DNA of 25,079 bases from a virus (IMGVR_UViG_2671180296_000013:1-25079); one strand, 5' to 3'; counted from the stretch's first letter, positions 10,521 through 18,974 are shown. Translations and numbers: made by a program. Notes: generated by a model from the letters alone, not told the origin.

Positions 10521-10694
10521 TCATTCCCGAACCACCTTGAAACCGAGCCTTTCCAGGTATTCAATGAATGCCTCGATAGATAAAATTACATGATCATCAG
10601 GAATTAACGTTGCGTAGATAACTTCCCCATTCTCAACGCGCACAGCATAGAGGCCATTTTCACTAAAAATTTCACGCAATTCTTCGATTTTCAT
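10521..10694 (-). CDS. Small hypothetical protein (57 aa)
   Basis: Hand-translated: MKIEELREIFSENGLYAVRVENGEVIYATLIPDDHVILSIEAFIEYLERLGFKVVRE, TGA at 10521-10523, AGGA about 9 nt upstream. Too short for the supplied track. Confidence 0.35.
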   Translation of the reverse strand: MKIEELREIFSENGLYAVRVENGEVIYATLIPDDHVILSIEAFIEYLERLGFKVVRE

Positions 10695-10849
10695 CAGCAG
10701 AATCCTTCCGGATAATTAGCACTCCCCTGTTTGGGGTCCATCCCTCTTCTCCCTGCGCGCTAACTAAGCAATATGATTCTATTTACTCCAAACGGCCCCT
10801 CAAGTACCACAACCAAAGGAGTACACAAAAAGCTAATCAACTACGCTGC

Positions 10850-10877
10850 ACAACAAAAAACCCGCCGAAGCGGGTTA
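10850..10877 (-). terminator. Intrinsic terminator (minus strand) downstream of hok
   Basis: Stem aacccgc (10859-10865) pairs with gcgggtt (10870-10876), loop cgaa; on the minus strand it is followed by TTTTTTGTTG. Confidence 0.6.
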
Positions 10878-10944
10878 AGTGCGGGTGCGTTGAGGATGCC
10901 TGACACATCAGAGGTGGCGAGGGATTTCTCCCCCGCCTGGTCTC

Positions 10945-11100
10945 TTACTCCTCAGGTTCGTAAGCTGTGAAGACAGCGACCTCCGTCTGGCCGGTTCGGA
11001 TTCGTACCTCGCAGAGGTCTTTCCTTGTTACCAGTGCCGTCACTATGACGGTTAAACAGATGACGATCAGGGCGATTAGCATCGCCTTTTGCTGCTTCAT
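10945..11100 (-). CDS. hok: Hok/Gef-family type I toxin (51 aa); the overlapping upstream frame to 11157 is mok-like
   Basis: MKQQKAMLIALIVICLTVIVTALVTRKDLCEVRIRTGQTEVAVFTAYEPEE is a single transmembrane helix plus periplasmic tail and matches Hok/RelF-type peptides as I recall them. Confidence 0.8.
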   Translation of the reverse strand: MKQQKAMLIALIVICLTVIVTALVTRKDLCEVRIRTGQTEVAVFTAYEPEE

Positions 11101-11274
11101 AGCCTGCTTCTCCTTGACCTTTCGGTCCGTAAGAGGCAATCTATATGTGACGAGCATATAGGGGCCTCACTTTGTACTGACCCCAAAAAGTTGGACAGTT
11201 AAACACGAGGCAGATAGCCTCAAGCACCCGCAGCAATTCTACTTAACTCTGCCGTTACAGCAAACCGTTTTCGC

Positions 11275-11298
11275 CCGATATGGGAATTCCCATATCGG
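11275..11298. repeat. Perfect 24-bp palindrome ccgatatgggaattcccatatcgg in the hok upstream region
   Basis: Directly read; exactly self-complementary and centred on GAATTC. Confidence 0.8.
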
Positions 11299-11382
11299 AA
11301 TGAATTCAGTTCACCTGGCGAGGCTTAGCGTACAATTTTTTCCGTTTTGTGAGCTGCCCCTACATGCCGCTGGCGCGGCATC

Positions 11383-11414
11383 CGGAAAAAGAATCCACGT
11401 CCTGAAGGACGTGG
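11383..11414 (-). terminator. Intrinsic terminator (minus strand) immediately after the binding-protein gene
   Basis: Stem ccacgtcc (11395-11402) pairs with ggacgtgg (11407-11414), loop tgaa; on the minus strand it is followed by ATTCTTTTT. Confidence 0.6.
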
Positions 11415-11420
11415 AGGATG

Positions 11421-12179
11421 TCAAGTGCCTTTCCTGGTCCAGCCATATTTTTTGAATGCAGGCGCCGCTTCATCGGTTTGTAGCCATTCTGCAAATCGAC
11501 GGGTTTCATCATTTGCATCCTGACGTACTGTAATGTTCATATCACGCCATATCACGTAGTCTGGCGCTATTTCCACGACATCACCAATTTCTGGATTACT
11601 GGCTGCCCAGTCAGCCCAGGTTATCCAGACATCTGCTTCAGGCTGATTCTCAAGAGCCTTACGTGCAGTTCCGCTGTTGGGCGCATATAAAATAATATTT
11701 TTTCGGATTGCGGCGACAGTTTCTATATTCCCTTTACGTCCGGCAATATCTTCCCAGACGCCAGTGCCTGATGTATTACTGGTACCACCACCATCATTAA
11801 CAATTACGCCAATCCCGGGTCTGGTCAGGTCGTCAATACTCCGGATATTTTTAGGATTACCTTTCTTTACCAATAAAATACTTTTTCGCAGATAAAGAGG
11901 CTGAATATCTTTTTCACTGAAGCTGTCTTTATGGTCCCGAATGATAGCCAGAGCAGATTGTTCTGATGCGCCAAACAAGATATCTGCATTTTTTTTGGCA
12001 TCTTCATTCCATTTGTTCTGTGGGCCGTAATGAACGTTCACTATAATACCTGTTTTTTCGGCATAAAGTTTGGCTGCATCAAGCAAGGCTGTATGCGGGC
12101 CACCAGGACCATACAGATTGATATCAGCATAAGCAGCAGAAGACAGGAATATTAAAAAACCTGCCATTATGTTCCTCAT
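11421..12179 (-). CDS. Secreted periplasmic substrate-binding protein, ModA-like (molybdate/tungstate-type PBP fold), orphan
   Basis: 252 aa with signal peptide MRNIMAGFLIFLSSAAYA; overall layout and C-terminal FKKYGWT resemble ModA-type binding proteins. AGGAG SD, own terminator, AT-rich upstream region, and no adjacent permease or ATPase genes. Confidence 0.55.
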   Translation of the reverse strand: MRNIMAGFLIFLSSAAYADINLYGPGGPHTALLDAAKLYAEKTGIIVNVHYGPQNKWNEDAKKNADILFGASEQSALAIIRDHKDSFSEKDIQPLYLRKSILLVKKGNPKNIRSIDDLTRPGIGVIVNDGGGTSNTSGTGVWEDIAGRKGNIETVAAIRKNIILYAPNSGTARKALENQPEADVWITWADWAASNPEIGDVVEIAPDYVIWRDMNITVRQDANDETRRFAEWLQTDEAAPAFKKYGWTRKGT

Positions 12180-12597
12180 AAAAAACTCCTTTTATTGGTT
12201 ATCATGAAATAAAGTTATAAACACTACAAATAATATATATTACATCCAGATAAACTTATCCGACTTTACCTCGTGCATAGTTTGTTATTTAAAGTTAACA
12301 AAATAAGGAAAATTATACGCATATTGAAGAGTATAAACCTTACATGTTGATTACATTTTTGTAATCAACATCCTGTTTGGAATAGCCAGCCTTTAATGGA
12401 TAACTATTTCTGACAATGCAATGAGTATAATCAAGTCCATCTTCCACTGAGAATTAGAGGCGGCATGCTTTTTCCGGCTCTTGCCGGATATCCGTAATTG
12501 TCCATAATCTGCAGATTTATACCTTCAGCATGACCTGTCAGCGAAAATTTGTCCGGTGTTTCTACGGGAATGACATCAAAAGTTACACGCACTCGCG

Positions 12598-13003
12598 TTA
12601 CCGTGTAGACCTACTTTCCTGCACTTGCAAGATCACAGTGGTGTAACCGTAACAGGAATTTATTCTCTGGACCGGCAGTAAATCCCTGAGTGGCGTGGTT
12701 CCCATATCAATTTCCCGCCAGGCAGCCTCCATTGCCAGCGTACAGGCTGGAGCCATGACCTGCCCTTTAAATCTGGCCCGACCATCCCACCGGACGTGTT
12801 CTTCTCCCCTGAACTTAGGTACAGTCATCTCCAGTGGCACAAAAGTGTCAGCGCCATGATTTTTGACCGTTATCGCGCTACGGATATTTTGTTGACTGGT
12901 GAAAATCACCCCGCAGAATCAGGCTTATTCCCTTAACCCGGGCTTTCATCCTGACCGCCGCCTCACTACGGCCAATCAGACTGCCGATGCATTTTACCTT
13001 CAT
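12598..13003 (-). pseudogene. Hypothetical gene of unknown function, apparently split over two frames (ORFs 12878..13123 and 12598..12909)
   Basis: MKVKCIGSLIGRSEAAVRMKARVKGISLILRGDF in one frame continues as TSQQNIRSAITVKNHGADTFVPLEMTV... in the other; no family recognised. Confidence 0.3.
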
Positions 13004-13038
13004 TGTTAGTATCATGATTTCAGGCCTGCACCATCCAC

Positions 13039-13785
13039 TCATTGCCCGGACTTCCGACAAATCCCGGCAACCATATCCCGGTGCTTGTTCAGCTCCCGCA
13101 GCGCGGCGCAGACTCGCTCCCACTTCTGGACATGATTCTTCGCCCTACGCAGTTCGCGATTTGCCATATGCAGCGATGCCAAAATCAAATCATCTTCTCG
13201 CGTTGCAGTAAACGATGGCAGCGACTGCACAATGTCCGCCACAGTTTCTGTTTTAATATCTTCCTGTGTTGCATCTTTCTGTACCGGTAACGCAACACCG
13301 GCTGGCTGAGGAAAGGCTTTACCATCGGTTTCCGCTACCGATTCAACTTTCGGCTCTGCTGGTAAATTATCACCTGGTATGCAGTAACGAAATTTACCGT
13401 TCTGGTTTACGCGAATCAGACGACCTTTGCTGATTGCCATTGCCAGCGTTGAAGCAACTTTGCGGGATGTTGTACCGAACAGCGTAGCCAGTTCATCCGC
13501 CGTTTGTGGTCCGCGTTGTTCAATCGTCGCGGTTAAATCGCACTCTGAGATTTTCGCTACTGTTGCCGTGGTGGTTTCTTCCGGCTGTTCTTCTGGCGCT
13601 GGCTGTTCCTGCTGAACGTTGTTATCAGCCACACGCCAGGGGTACGCGCTTTTATCAACAAAACCAGCCTTTTTCAGTTCCCACAGCTCGTTCAGCACTT
13701 CTTCACGACTGATATCAAGTCGCGCAGCCAGCTCTACCGACGAGGCTTTTCCCATCGCTTTCAGTGCGTCAAAAACAGTCTCCAT
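13039..13785 (-). CDS. Phage protein with N-terminal winged-helix-like domain (DUF1627-like)
   Basis: 248 aa with a strong GGGAGG SD; N-terminus ...[29 protein letters not shown] looks like a wHTH, followed by a Pro/Glu-rich linker. Confidence 0.5.
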   Translation of the reverse strand: METVFDALKAMGKASSVELAARLDISREEVLNELWELKKAGFVDKSAYPWRVADNNVQQEQPAPEEQPEETTTATVAKISECDLTATIEQRGPQTADELATLFGTTSRKVASTLAMAISKGRLIRVNQNGKFRYCIPGDNLPAEPKVESVAETDGKAFPQPAGVALPVQKDATQEDIKTETVADIVQSLPSFTATREDDLILASLHMANRELRRAKNHVQKWERVCAALRELNKHRDMVAGICRKSGQ

Positions 13786-13817
13786 AAATTTCCTCCCGGT
13801 AAAAATTACTTCTCAAC

Positions 13818-14279
13818 TCAAACAAAACCAGCCGTTTTCCGGCGTTCATACTCCTGTTTCAGCAACTCAATTGGCGTTGGTCCCGACGGGCGTTTTGGTG
13901 CCGCCAGCTGTCGCCGGACTGGCGGAATGCTCAGGCCGTTACCAACATGCTTTGCCCATTTCGTCAGTTGCCGTTCTGCAAGCCGTTTTAACTCCCCTTC
14001 GGTCATCTGGCGCTCAATCCCCTTTGAACGCATCTCGAGGCAAATGTGATACAGCACAGGCTGAGACCACGGGTATTTATCGCTTCCGTCGTATCGCCAG
14101 GACTCGTTGCGCCAGCGGCGGTACTCCTCCATCACAGCATCCACCGTCAGACCGAATGGATTGGCTCCGCTTTCCGAAATCAGCGCCACAAACTCAGCCA
14201 GGTCCGGAGGCCATGTTTCACCCGCCCGGCAGCGGTCCATGCACTGGCGGCAGACCTGCCGGATTTGCTGCTCAGTCAT
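13818..14279 (-). CDS. Replication protein P-like (helicase-loader family); start uncertain, longer forms from 14360 or 14483 would overlap the O-like gene
   Basis: ...TEQQIRQVCRQ...PPDLAEFVALI...DKYPWSQPVLYHICLEMRSKG... resembles the central and C-terminal parts of lambda P. The ATG at 14279 overlaps the O-like stop (GATGACTGA). Confidence 0.55.
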   Translation of the reverse strand: MTEQQIRQVCRQCMDRCRAGETWPPDLAEFVALISESGANPFGLTVDAVMEEYRRWRNESWRYDGSDKYPWSQPVLYHICLEMRSKGIERQMTEGELKRLAERQLTKWAKHVGNGLSIPPVRRQLAAPKRPSGPTPIELLKQEYERRKTAGFV

Positions 14280-15396
14280 CGCGCCAATCTGTGCAATCCA
14301 GAGCTTCGATGGTGCGGCCCCGTTCTTCCGGGTCCAGCGGTTCGAATAAACCTCCCCCATGAGTTCCCACAGCTTCCACGCCGTTTCCGTCGCTGATAAA
14401 TCCGTTTTCACGTTCCCACTGCTCACGTGCTGCCCGAATTTCCTGAACTGCCCGTGATGCGGTGCCACCTGGTGCTGCTGCATAGTTTGCCCCCTTGCTG
14501 ACTGGTTTAACCTGCGCCCTGACGTGATTTACGTGACGGGCGAATTTCTGCTCCCACTGAACCTGCGTGAAAACTTTCCCCTCCGCTGCCCAGTAGTCCC
14601 GGAAGGCGGCAAGTTCAGCAGGTGTAAATTCCGGCTCAGGAAGAGCCATCCCCCACAACGCAGCCCGTCGTCGAAAATCCCGTGACGGATACCAGCTATC
14701 GCTCATCGGGAATTTCCCGATGGGTTCGCTCAGGCCTTCCAGGTAATCAGGTTCCGCTGTCTGCAACGGCACGCCATTTGCCTCACTGGCCGGAGCACTC
14801 TCGCGCACGCGCGCGTTATGTGTGGGGTTTATATATCTGTTATCTGTTATCTGGATACCGCATGACAAAGCGTTAGCCTTATCCTTAGGCTTATCCTCAG
14901 GCAAAGGGATTGCCTTATCGAATGCCATCCCCAAAGCCTCAGAAACCCCGTAGGACGCGGCTCTCAGCGATTCCCTGGCCTCCCATTTGAGAGGGCAATC
15001 AGGAATTAAAGCGAATGCCTTTGCCCAAGATTTAATGACATTTATCGAGTTTGGCGGATTGTGTTTCGCAGCATTCGGGAGCCAAAAAACTCTGGCTTTG
15101 ATATCTGCTTTCACCATGCCAAGATTCATGGCTTCGCCTAAGGCTAAGTCAAAGGCTTCGATATCCCACCCCAACTCTTCAGCCATTGCTGCCCGCCCGG
15201 CTTTAAACAACCCAGGAATAATCCCGGTAAATGGACTGGTCAGCAGATAAATAAACAAACTCTGTCCACTTGGAGGCAGAGGAGATAACGCCCTAAATTT
15301 GGGATCATCCCATATCGTTATTTTTACCTTGCGATAAGGCTCATTGTTTGCCTTAGTTTTTGGCATGGGATTTGGCATGTTTTTAGCCTTAACCAT
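14272..15396 (-). CDS. Replication initiation protein (O-like functional position), contains iteron-like repeats
   Basis: Large ORF directly upstream of and coupled to the P-like gene; ATG at 15396 with GAGG SD (the track start at 15450 is a TTG); internal direct repeats at 14830-14920. Confidence 0.5.
   Translation of the reverse strand: MVKAKNMPNPMPKTKANNEPYRKVKITIWDDPKFRALSPLPPSGQSLFIYLLTSPFTGIIPGLFKAGRAAMAEELGWDIEAFDLALGEAMNLGMVKADIKARVFWLPNAAKHNPPNSINVIKSWAKAFALIPDCPLKWEARESLRAASYGVSEALGMAFDKAIPLPEDKPKDKANALSCGIQITDNRYINPTHNARVRESAPASEANGVPLQTAEPDYLEGLSEPIGKFPMSDSWYPSRDFRRRAALWGMALPEPEFTPAELAAFRDYWAAEGKVFTQVQWEQKFARHVNHVRAQVKPVSKGANYAAAPGGTASRAVQEIRAAREQWERENGFISDGNGVEAVGTHGGGLFEPLDPEERGRTIEALDCTDWRDD
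14830..14920. repeat. Iteron-like direct repeats (ATCTGTT x2-3; GCCTTATCC-type x3 with a DnaA-box-like TTATCCTCA) inside the O-like gene; candidate origin
   Basis: atctgttatctgttatctgg at 14835-14855; gccttatcc, ggcttatcc and gccttatcg at 14874-14918; an adjacent GC-rich then AT-rich stretch. Confidence 0.4.
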
Positions 15397-15475
15397 AATT
15401 GCCTCATCTGGTGTCGAACCTTCCTCCGGATATAATCTGTGATTCCCCAATCAACAGAACCAAAGGAGGTTCGAC

Positions 15476-15931
15476 ATGTCTTTAATGGCTGTTTGCCAAA
15501 AAATTAAAAATCACATGCGCACTGTGTACAAAATTAACCAGCACGACCACGACATGGTTAACCTGGTAACATGCAGGGCTATAGTTCTCACCCGCTTCCA
15601 CCTGATTCTTACAAATCACTCACGGGATTCTCTCCTGAGCCCCAGTAGCTATGATTCGCTGGCGAGATTGCTATACCAGGCAAGTGAAAAACGTATTACT
15701 GATCCCTTATCTGTTTCCCCTGTCCTTGCTCTTCACATTCTGGAAGACGCTCTCTATGCCCCCCATCAGGAATGCGACTATCAATTTCTTGAAGCTGAGA
15801 AATCAATGAGAGAATGGTTCGTTGAATATCGCGAACGGCAGCAAAAGTTATCCTCAGAGTATTCAGAACTTCCGCAACTTCGCTGGAGTGATCTTCCGAA
15901 CGAATTATTTGCTCTGACCCCAGAAAATTAA
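15476..15931 (+). CDS. Hypothetical protein (151 aa) on the opposite strand to the early-right operon
   Basis: ATG at 15476 preceded by AAGGAGG 6 nt upstream; overlaps minus ORF 15696..16109 by 236 nt, so both may not be real. Confidence 0.35.
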   Translation: MSLMAVCQKIKNHMRTVYKINQHDHDMVNLVTCRAIVLTRFHLILTNHSRDSLLSPSSYDSLARLLYQASEKRITDPLSVSPVLALHILEDALYAPHQECDYQFLEAEKSMREWFVEYRERQQKLSSEYSELPQLRWSDLPNELFALTPEN

Positions 15932-16109
15932 TTCTTGGGGATAAATCGTCCATAACTGAACGCAGGCTAAGTTCTGCGCTCTGAAGCTTCCGAACCGAAG
16001 TTTCTGTACCCCAACCCGCAATTTCTGCATTTTTTGCAAGTTTCAGGATCCAGTCTCGTAGTTCGCCGGGAGTAAGATTTCCAGCATTGATAAACGGTTT
16101 GATTTTCAT
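15696..16109 (-). CDS. Hypothetical protein (137 aa) downstream of ydaT in the early-right operon
   Basis: ATG at 16109, 20 nt after the ydaT stop and on the operon strand; conflicts with plus ORF 15476..15931. Confidence 0.35.
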   Translation of the reverse strand: MKIKPFINAGNLTPGELRDWILKLAKNAEIAGWGTETSVRKLQSAELSLRSVMDDLSPRINFLGSEQIIRSEDHSSEVAEVLNTLRITFAAVRDIQRTILSLISQLQEIDSRIPDGGHRERLPECEEQGQGKQIRDQ

Positions 16110-16128
16110 TGTTAGTTACCCTATTCAC

Positions 16129-16551
16129 TTAATGAACAACAACAGAATCGCCGGACGAACCGCCGCCGCTGAAATGTGCTTTCCGGTAAACGGCCTGGAC
16201 TGCATCATCATGCGCATCAATTGCCGTACTCAACGCTTCCTGCGCCGCCAGTAATGCACGGCGTTCCAGGGTATCGAAGATGCAGAGTCGGTGACGCAGC
16301 TCGCGCGGAAGAATTGCCAGAACCGCAGGGATCAGTTTCTGAATTTTTTCCCTTTGCGCTTTCGTTTCACCTTTCAACCAACGGTGATAGATATTCTGCT
16401 GATTGTTCCAGTCCTTGCCTGGTACCAGGGGCAATTCGCCGCCCCCTTGGCGCAGATATTCTTCAGTAATTGCATTGGCTACCCATGCCTGCCCTTTTTC
16501 AGCGGCCAGGGCTAACAGCACTGATTCAATGTGCTCATGCCTGATTTTCAT
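16129..16551 (-). CDS. ydaT: YdaT-like protein (Rac prophage YdaT family; CII-position)
   Basis: MKIRHEHIESVLLALAAEKGQAWVANAITEEYLRQGGGELPLVPGKDWNNQQNIYHRWLKGETK... closely matches Rac YdaT as I recall it; 140 aa. Confidence 0.8.
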   Translation of the reverse strand: MKIRHEHIESVLLALAAEKGQAWVANAITEEYLRQGGGELPLVPGKDWNNQQNIYHRWLKGETKAQREKIQKLIPAVLAILPRELRHRLCIFDTLERRALLAAQEALSTAIDAHDDAVQAVYRKAHFSGGGSSGDSVVVH

Positions 16552-16810
16552 GAATCAACTCCTGTGCATTTTGTGTGTTAGCTTTACATCCAACAGGTAA
16601 ACCATCGGTCGGATTCGGGTAGATATCAGGCCGAAGTTCATGAGGTGTAACCTCGAAATTCGTAGCCTCCGCGATACGCAATACCTTTTCGGGGCTTAAC
16701 TGACTACGGCCAGTAGCTACGAGGCTAATCATCGATTGCGAACAACCAGCGAGTACGGCCAAACAAGACTGTCGTACACGATTTTTTTTCAAATATTCAT
16801 CTAATGTCAT
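16535..16810 (-). CDS. ydaS: Cro-like HTH regulator (YdaS-like)
   Basis: MTLDEYLKKNRVRQSCLAVLAGCSQSMISLVATGRSQ is an HTH; ATG at 16810 with AAGGTGA SD; divergent from the repressor gene. Confidence 0.7.
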   Translation of the reverse strand: MTLDEYLKKNRVRQSCLAVLAGCSQSMISLVATGRSQLSPEKVLRIAEATNFEVTPHELRPDIYPNPTDGLPVGCKANTQNAQELIHENQA

Positions 16811-16914
16811 AAGGGTCACCTTAGTAATGCCTGTCAAAATATTAACTATATTAATTTAAATGATCAATACCTATATCAGTTTGAGTTTATGAGTTGTGTT
16901 CATAAGATGGTGGT
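16811..16914. promoter_or_regulatory. Divergent promoter/operator region between the cro-like and repressor genes
   Basis: AT-rich 104-bp intergenic region with palindrome-like TTAACTATATTAA and tgatcaa motifs. Position is by analogy to lambda OR; sites not mapped. Confidence 0.45.
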
Positions 16915-17379
16915 ATGAGAAGAAAACGCGAAGAAATCGCATCGCCAGAAGCTACGCAGCGTCTGCGCGCAGTCTGGGATGCCAAAAAAAGAGAGCTCAA
17001 ACTGACTCAGGAGCTTGCTGCTGAGCTAATGGGCTTTGAGACTCAATCCACAGTTAGCCACTATCTCAACGGAAAGGCTCCACTAAACACTGATGCAGCA
17101 TTAAAATTCGCTGTATTACTAAGAGTTAAGCCTGAAGAGTTGAGGCCTGATTTAGCTGATCTGATGAATTACGTCCGTTCCTCAGGAACTTATGACGAAA
17201 GTTTCGAAGGCGAAGGTTGGCGGATGGTTAACAAGCAACAAGCTGATTTACTGGATCTTTTTGAAATCCTTCCCGAATCAGAAAAAGCAAAACTAATCGA
17301 AAGGCTTAAAGGTCAAAATGAACTCTACAAAGAAGCGTTTGAAAAGATGCTGGCAGCTCAGAAACGCATGAAGAAATAG
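16915..17379 (+). CDS. Prophage repressor (CI-like, RacR-position)
   Basis: 154 aa with HTH LTQELAAELMGFETQSTVSHYLNGK; divergent from the cro-like gene and followed by a strong terminator. Confidence 0.65.
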   Translation: MRRKREEIASPEATQRLRAVWDAKKRELKLTQELAAELMGFETQSTVSHYLNGKAPLNTDAALKFAVLLRVKPEELRPDLADLMNYVRSSGTYDESFEGEGWRMVNKQQADLLDLFEILPESEKAKLIERLKGQNELYKEAFEKMLAAQKRMKK

Positions 17380-17397
17380 CTCCCGTAACCTCGTAAC

Positions 17398-17427
17398 TAA
17401 ACCGCCATTTTTGGCGGTTTTTTTGTC
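17398..17427 (+). terminator. Intrinsic terminator after the repressor gene
   Basis: Stem aaaccgcc pairs with ggcggttt (17399-17420), loop atttt, followed by a T-run. Confidence 0.7.
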
Positions 17428-17614
17428 CCCTCAGCTCCCTCACCTTACTTTTTTATCAAAAAAAACACTAAAAATTTCATTACGATAGTACATTTTTATC
17501 AACAAAATGCATATTTGTGTTGATCACTCATATGAATATAACTAATATTATTGCAGAAGCAGCACGGCGCTGTAGGTTTTAGTTCCGCCACCCGGCGTTA
17601 AGGGGAGATATAAG

Positions 17615-17920
17615 ATGACATTTACTCAGGGTATTGACCCGCTAGAAACTAATAATGCTGTATTTTGTCTGGCGTATGAATTGTCTGTACAGGCATCAAC
17701 AATGGCAAAGGAAAGAGAGCTAACTCCAAGGCAGGCACGTCTCGCACTGGAACTCGCCAGCCGGGTATCAGTAGCAAAAAAAATCGCACCAGCCGTAATG
17801 GCACAAAACCTGGCTGATGCAATTACAGATCTCAGGTCAATACAACCATACAATTATCATGTCGAAGAGGCATTAGAAAAATTAATCGCTGCTGCCTACG
17901 CCATCATTGATGAACTGTAA
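17615..17920 (+). CDS. Hypothetical protein, first gene of the early-left operon
   Basis: 101 aa with AAGGGGA SD; not arginine-rich, so not an obvious N-type antiterminator. Confidence 0.5.
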   Translation: MTFTQGIDPLETNNAVFCLAYELSVQASTMAKERELTPRQARLALELASRVSVAKKIAPAVMAQNLADAITDLRSIQPYNYHVEEALEKLIAAAYAIIDEL

Positions 17921-18304
17921 TAATTGATATGCTGGAGAATTTCTATTCCTGAGAGATGCATTTTTCACGCCAGGACAACGCCCGGCAATTGCCAGATTCA
18001 GTTTTTCACGCTGCTCTGGCGTAAGAAGTTTAACAAGTTCTTCAAGAACAAGCGCGGTAGCCTCTAATCTGGCGGAAAGATAATCAATATTTTTGTGTTG
18101 AGATTGAATAGGCATAAGCAATTCCTTACTGGTTGTGTGAGAACTCCAGTATACCACCGAGCCTGAAGTGGTAAAAAGACAGGCATACAACACGAAGGCG
18201 CACGGAGGAGGTGTTTTTCCCTTAGAAGGCTTGTCGTTAAATTTCTTCGACCGTGCGCTTCCGGTTGTGAATAACAACATTGCTGTGTGTAGTCCTAGCA
18301 GCAT
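17882..18304 (-). CDS. Hypothetical protein with hydrophobic N-terminal segments, in the position Rac gives to sieB; start may instead be the ATG at 18115
   Basis: 140-aa ORF convergent with the preceding gene; the N-terminal region has two hydrophobic stretches; no SD at 18304, AAGGA upstream of 18115. Confidence 0.35.
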   Translation of the reverse strand: MLLGLHTAMLLFTTGSARSKKFNDKPSKGKTPPPCAFVLYACLFTTSGSVVYWSSHTTSKELLMPIQSQHKNIDYLSARLEATALVLEELVKLLTPEQREKLNLAIAGRCPGVKNASLRNRNSPAYQLLQFINDGVGSSD

Positions 18305-18508
18305 CAGTTTTTTCTTGAAGTTCGGCTGATGTCCGCCCTTTTTAAAGTGAATTTTGTGATGCGGTGAATGCGGCTAAGCGCACGCGGAACAGTTAAAAGC
18401 ATCTGTGTTATGGGTGGATTATCCGGCGTTAATTGTTAACTGGTTAACGTCACCTGGAGGCACCAGGCACAGCATCGACAAAGTTCATTTGTAAAAATGG
18501 AGATAATT

Positions 18509-18730
18509 ATGATTGCTCATCACTTCGGAACTGATGAAATACCACGTCAGTGTGTGACTCCTGGCGATTATGTTCTTCATGAAGGCCGGACATATATTGC
18601 CTCGGCAAACAATATTAAAAAGCGAAAGCTTTATATTCGTAACCTGACCACAAAAACATGCATTACTGACCGCATGATTAAAGTCTTCCTCGGTCGTGAT
18701 GGTTTACCTGTAAAGGCGGAGTCATGGTGA
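18509..18730 (+). CDS. kilR: KilR-like small protein (73 aa)
   Basis: 73 aa from the ATG at 18509 with GGAGA SD. Assignment rests on length and on the gene order KilR-YdaE-RacC matching Rac. Confidence 0.5.
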   Translation: MIAHHFGTDEIPRQCVTPGDYVLHEGRTYIASANNIKKRKLYIRNLTTKTCITDRMIKVFLGRDGLPVKAESW

Positions 18731-18900
18731 TGACTAAGAAAATAAAATGTGCTTACCACCTTTGCAAAAAAGACGTTGAAGAAAGCAAAGCTATTGAAAG
18801 AATGCTTCACTTCATGCACGGGACTTTATCTATAGACGAACCGAGAAAATATTGCAGTGAAGCTTGTGCCGAAAAAGACCAGATGGCACACGAACTTTAA
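18730..18900 (+). CDS. ydaE: YdaE-like small Cys-rich (zinc-binding) protein (56 aa)
   Basis: Hand-translated: [56 protein letters not shown]; stop at 18898-18900; ATG overlaps the upstream stop. Too short for the supplied track. Confidence 0.5.
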   Translation: MTKKIKCAYHLCKKDVEESKAIERMLHFMHGTLSIDEPRKYCSEACAEKDQMAHEL

Positions 18901-18974
18901 TTAATTGACTATTCGAAACTGAATTTATGCCAGAAATGGCAGGGATTCGCTCAACCTTAATTCAGGAGAAAAAC

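Noticed and set aside
13427-14483. Plus-strand ORFs over the replication genes (13427..13615, 13506..13712, 13619..14362, 14046..14396, 14107..14349)
   Set aside because: They are antisense to the DUF1627-like and P-like genes, and their translations are Ser/Pro/Arg-rich low-complexity sequence typical of shadow frames in GC-rich coding DNA.
14279-14483. Longer P-like start (ATG at 14483 or 14360) used in the track ORF 13818..14483
   Set aside because: Not excluded. It would overlap the O-like gene by 90-210 nt in another frame, so the coupled ATG at 14279 was preferred; the N-terminal similarity to lambda P leaves the longer form possible.
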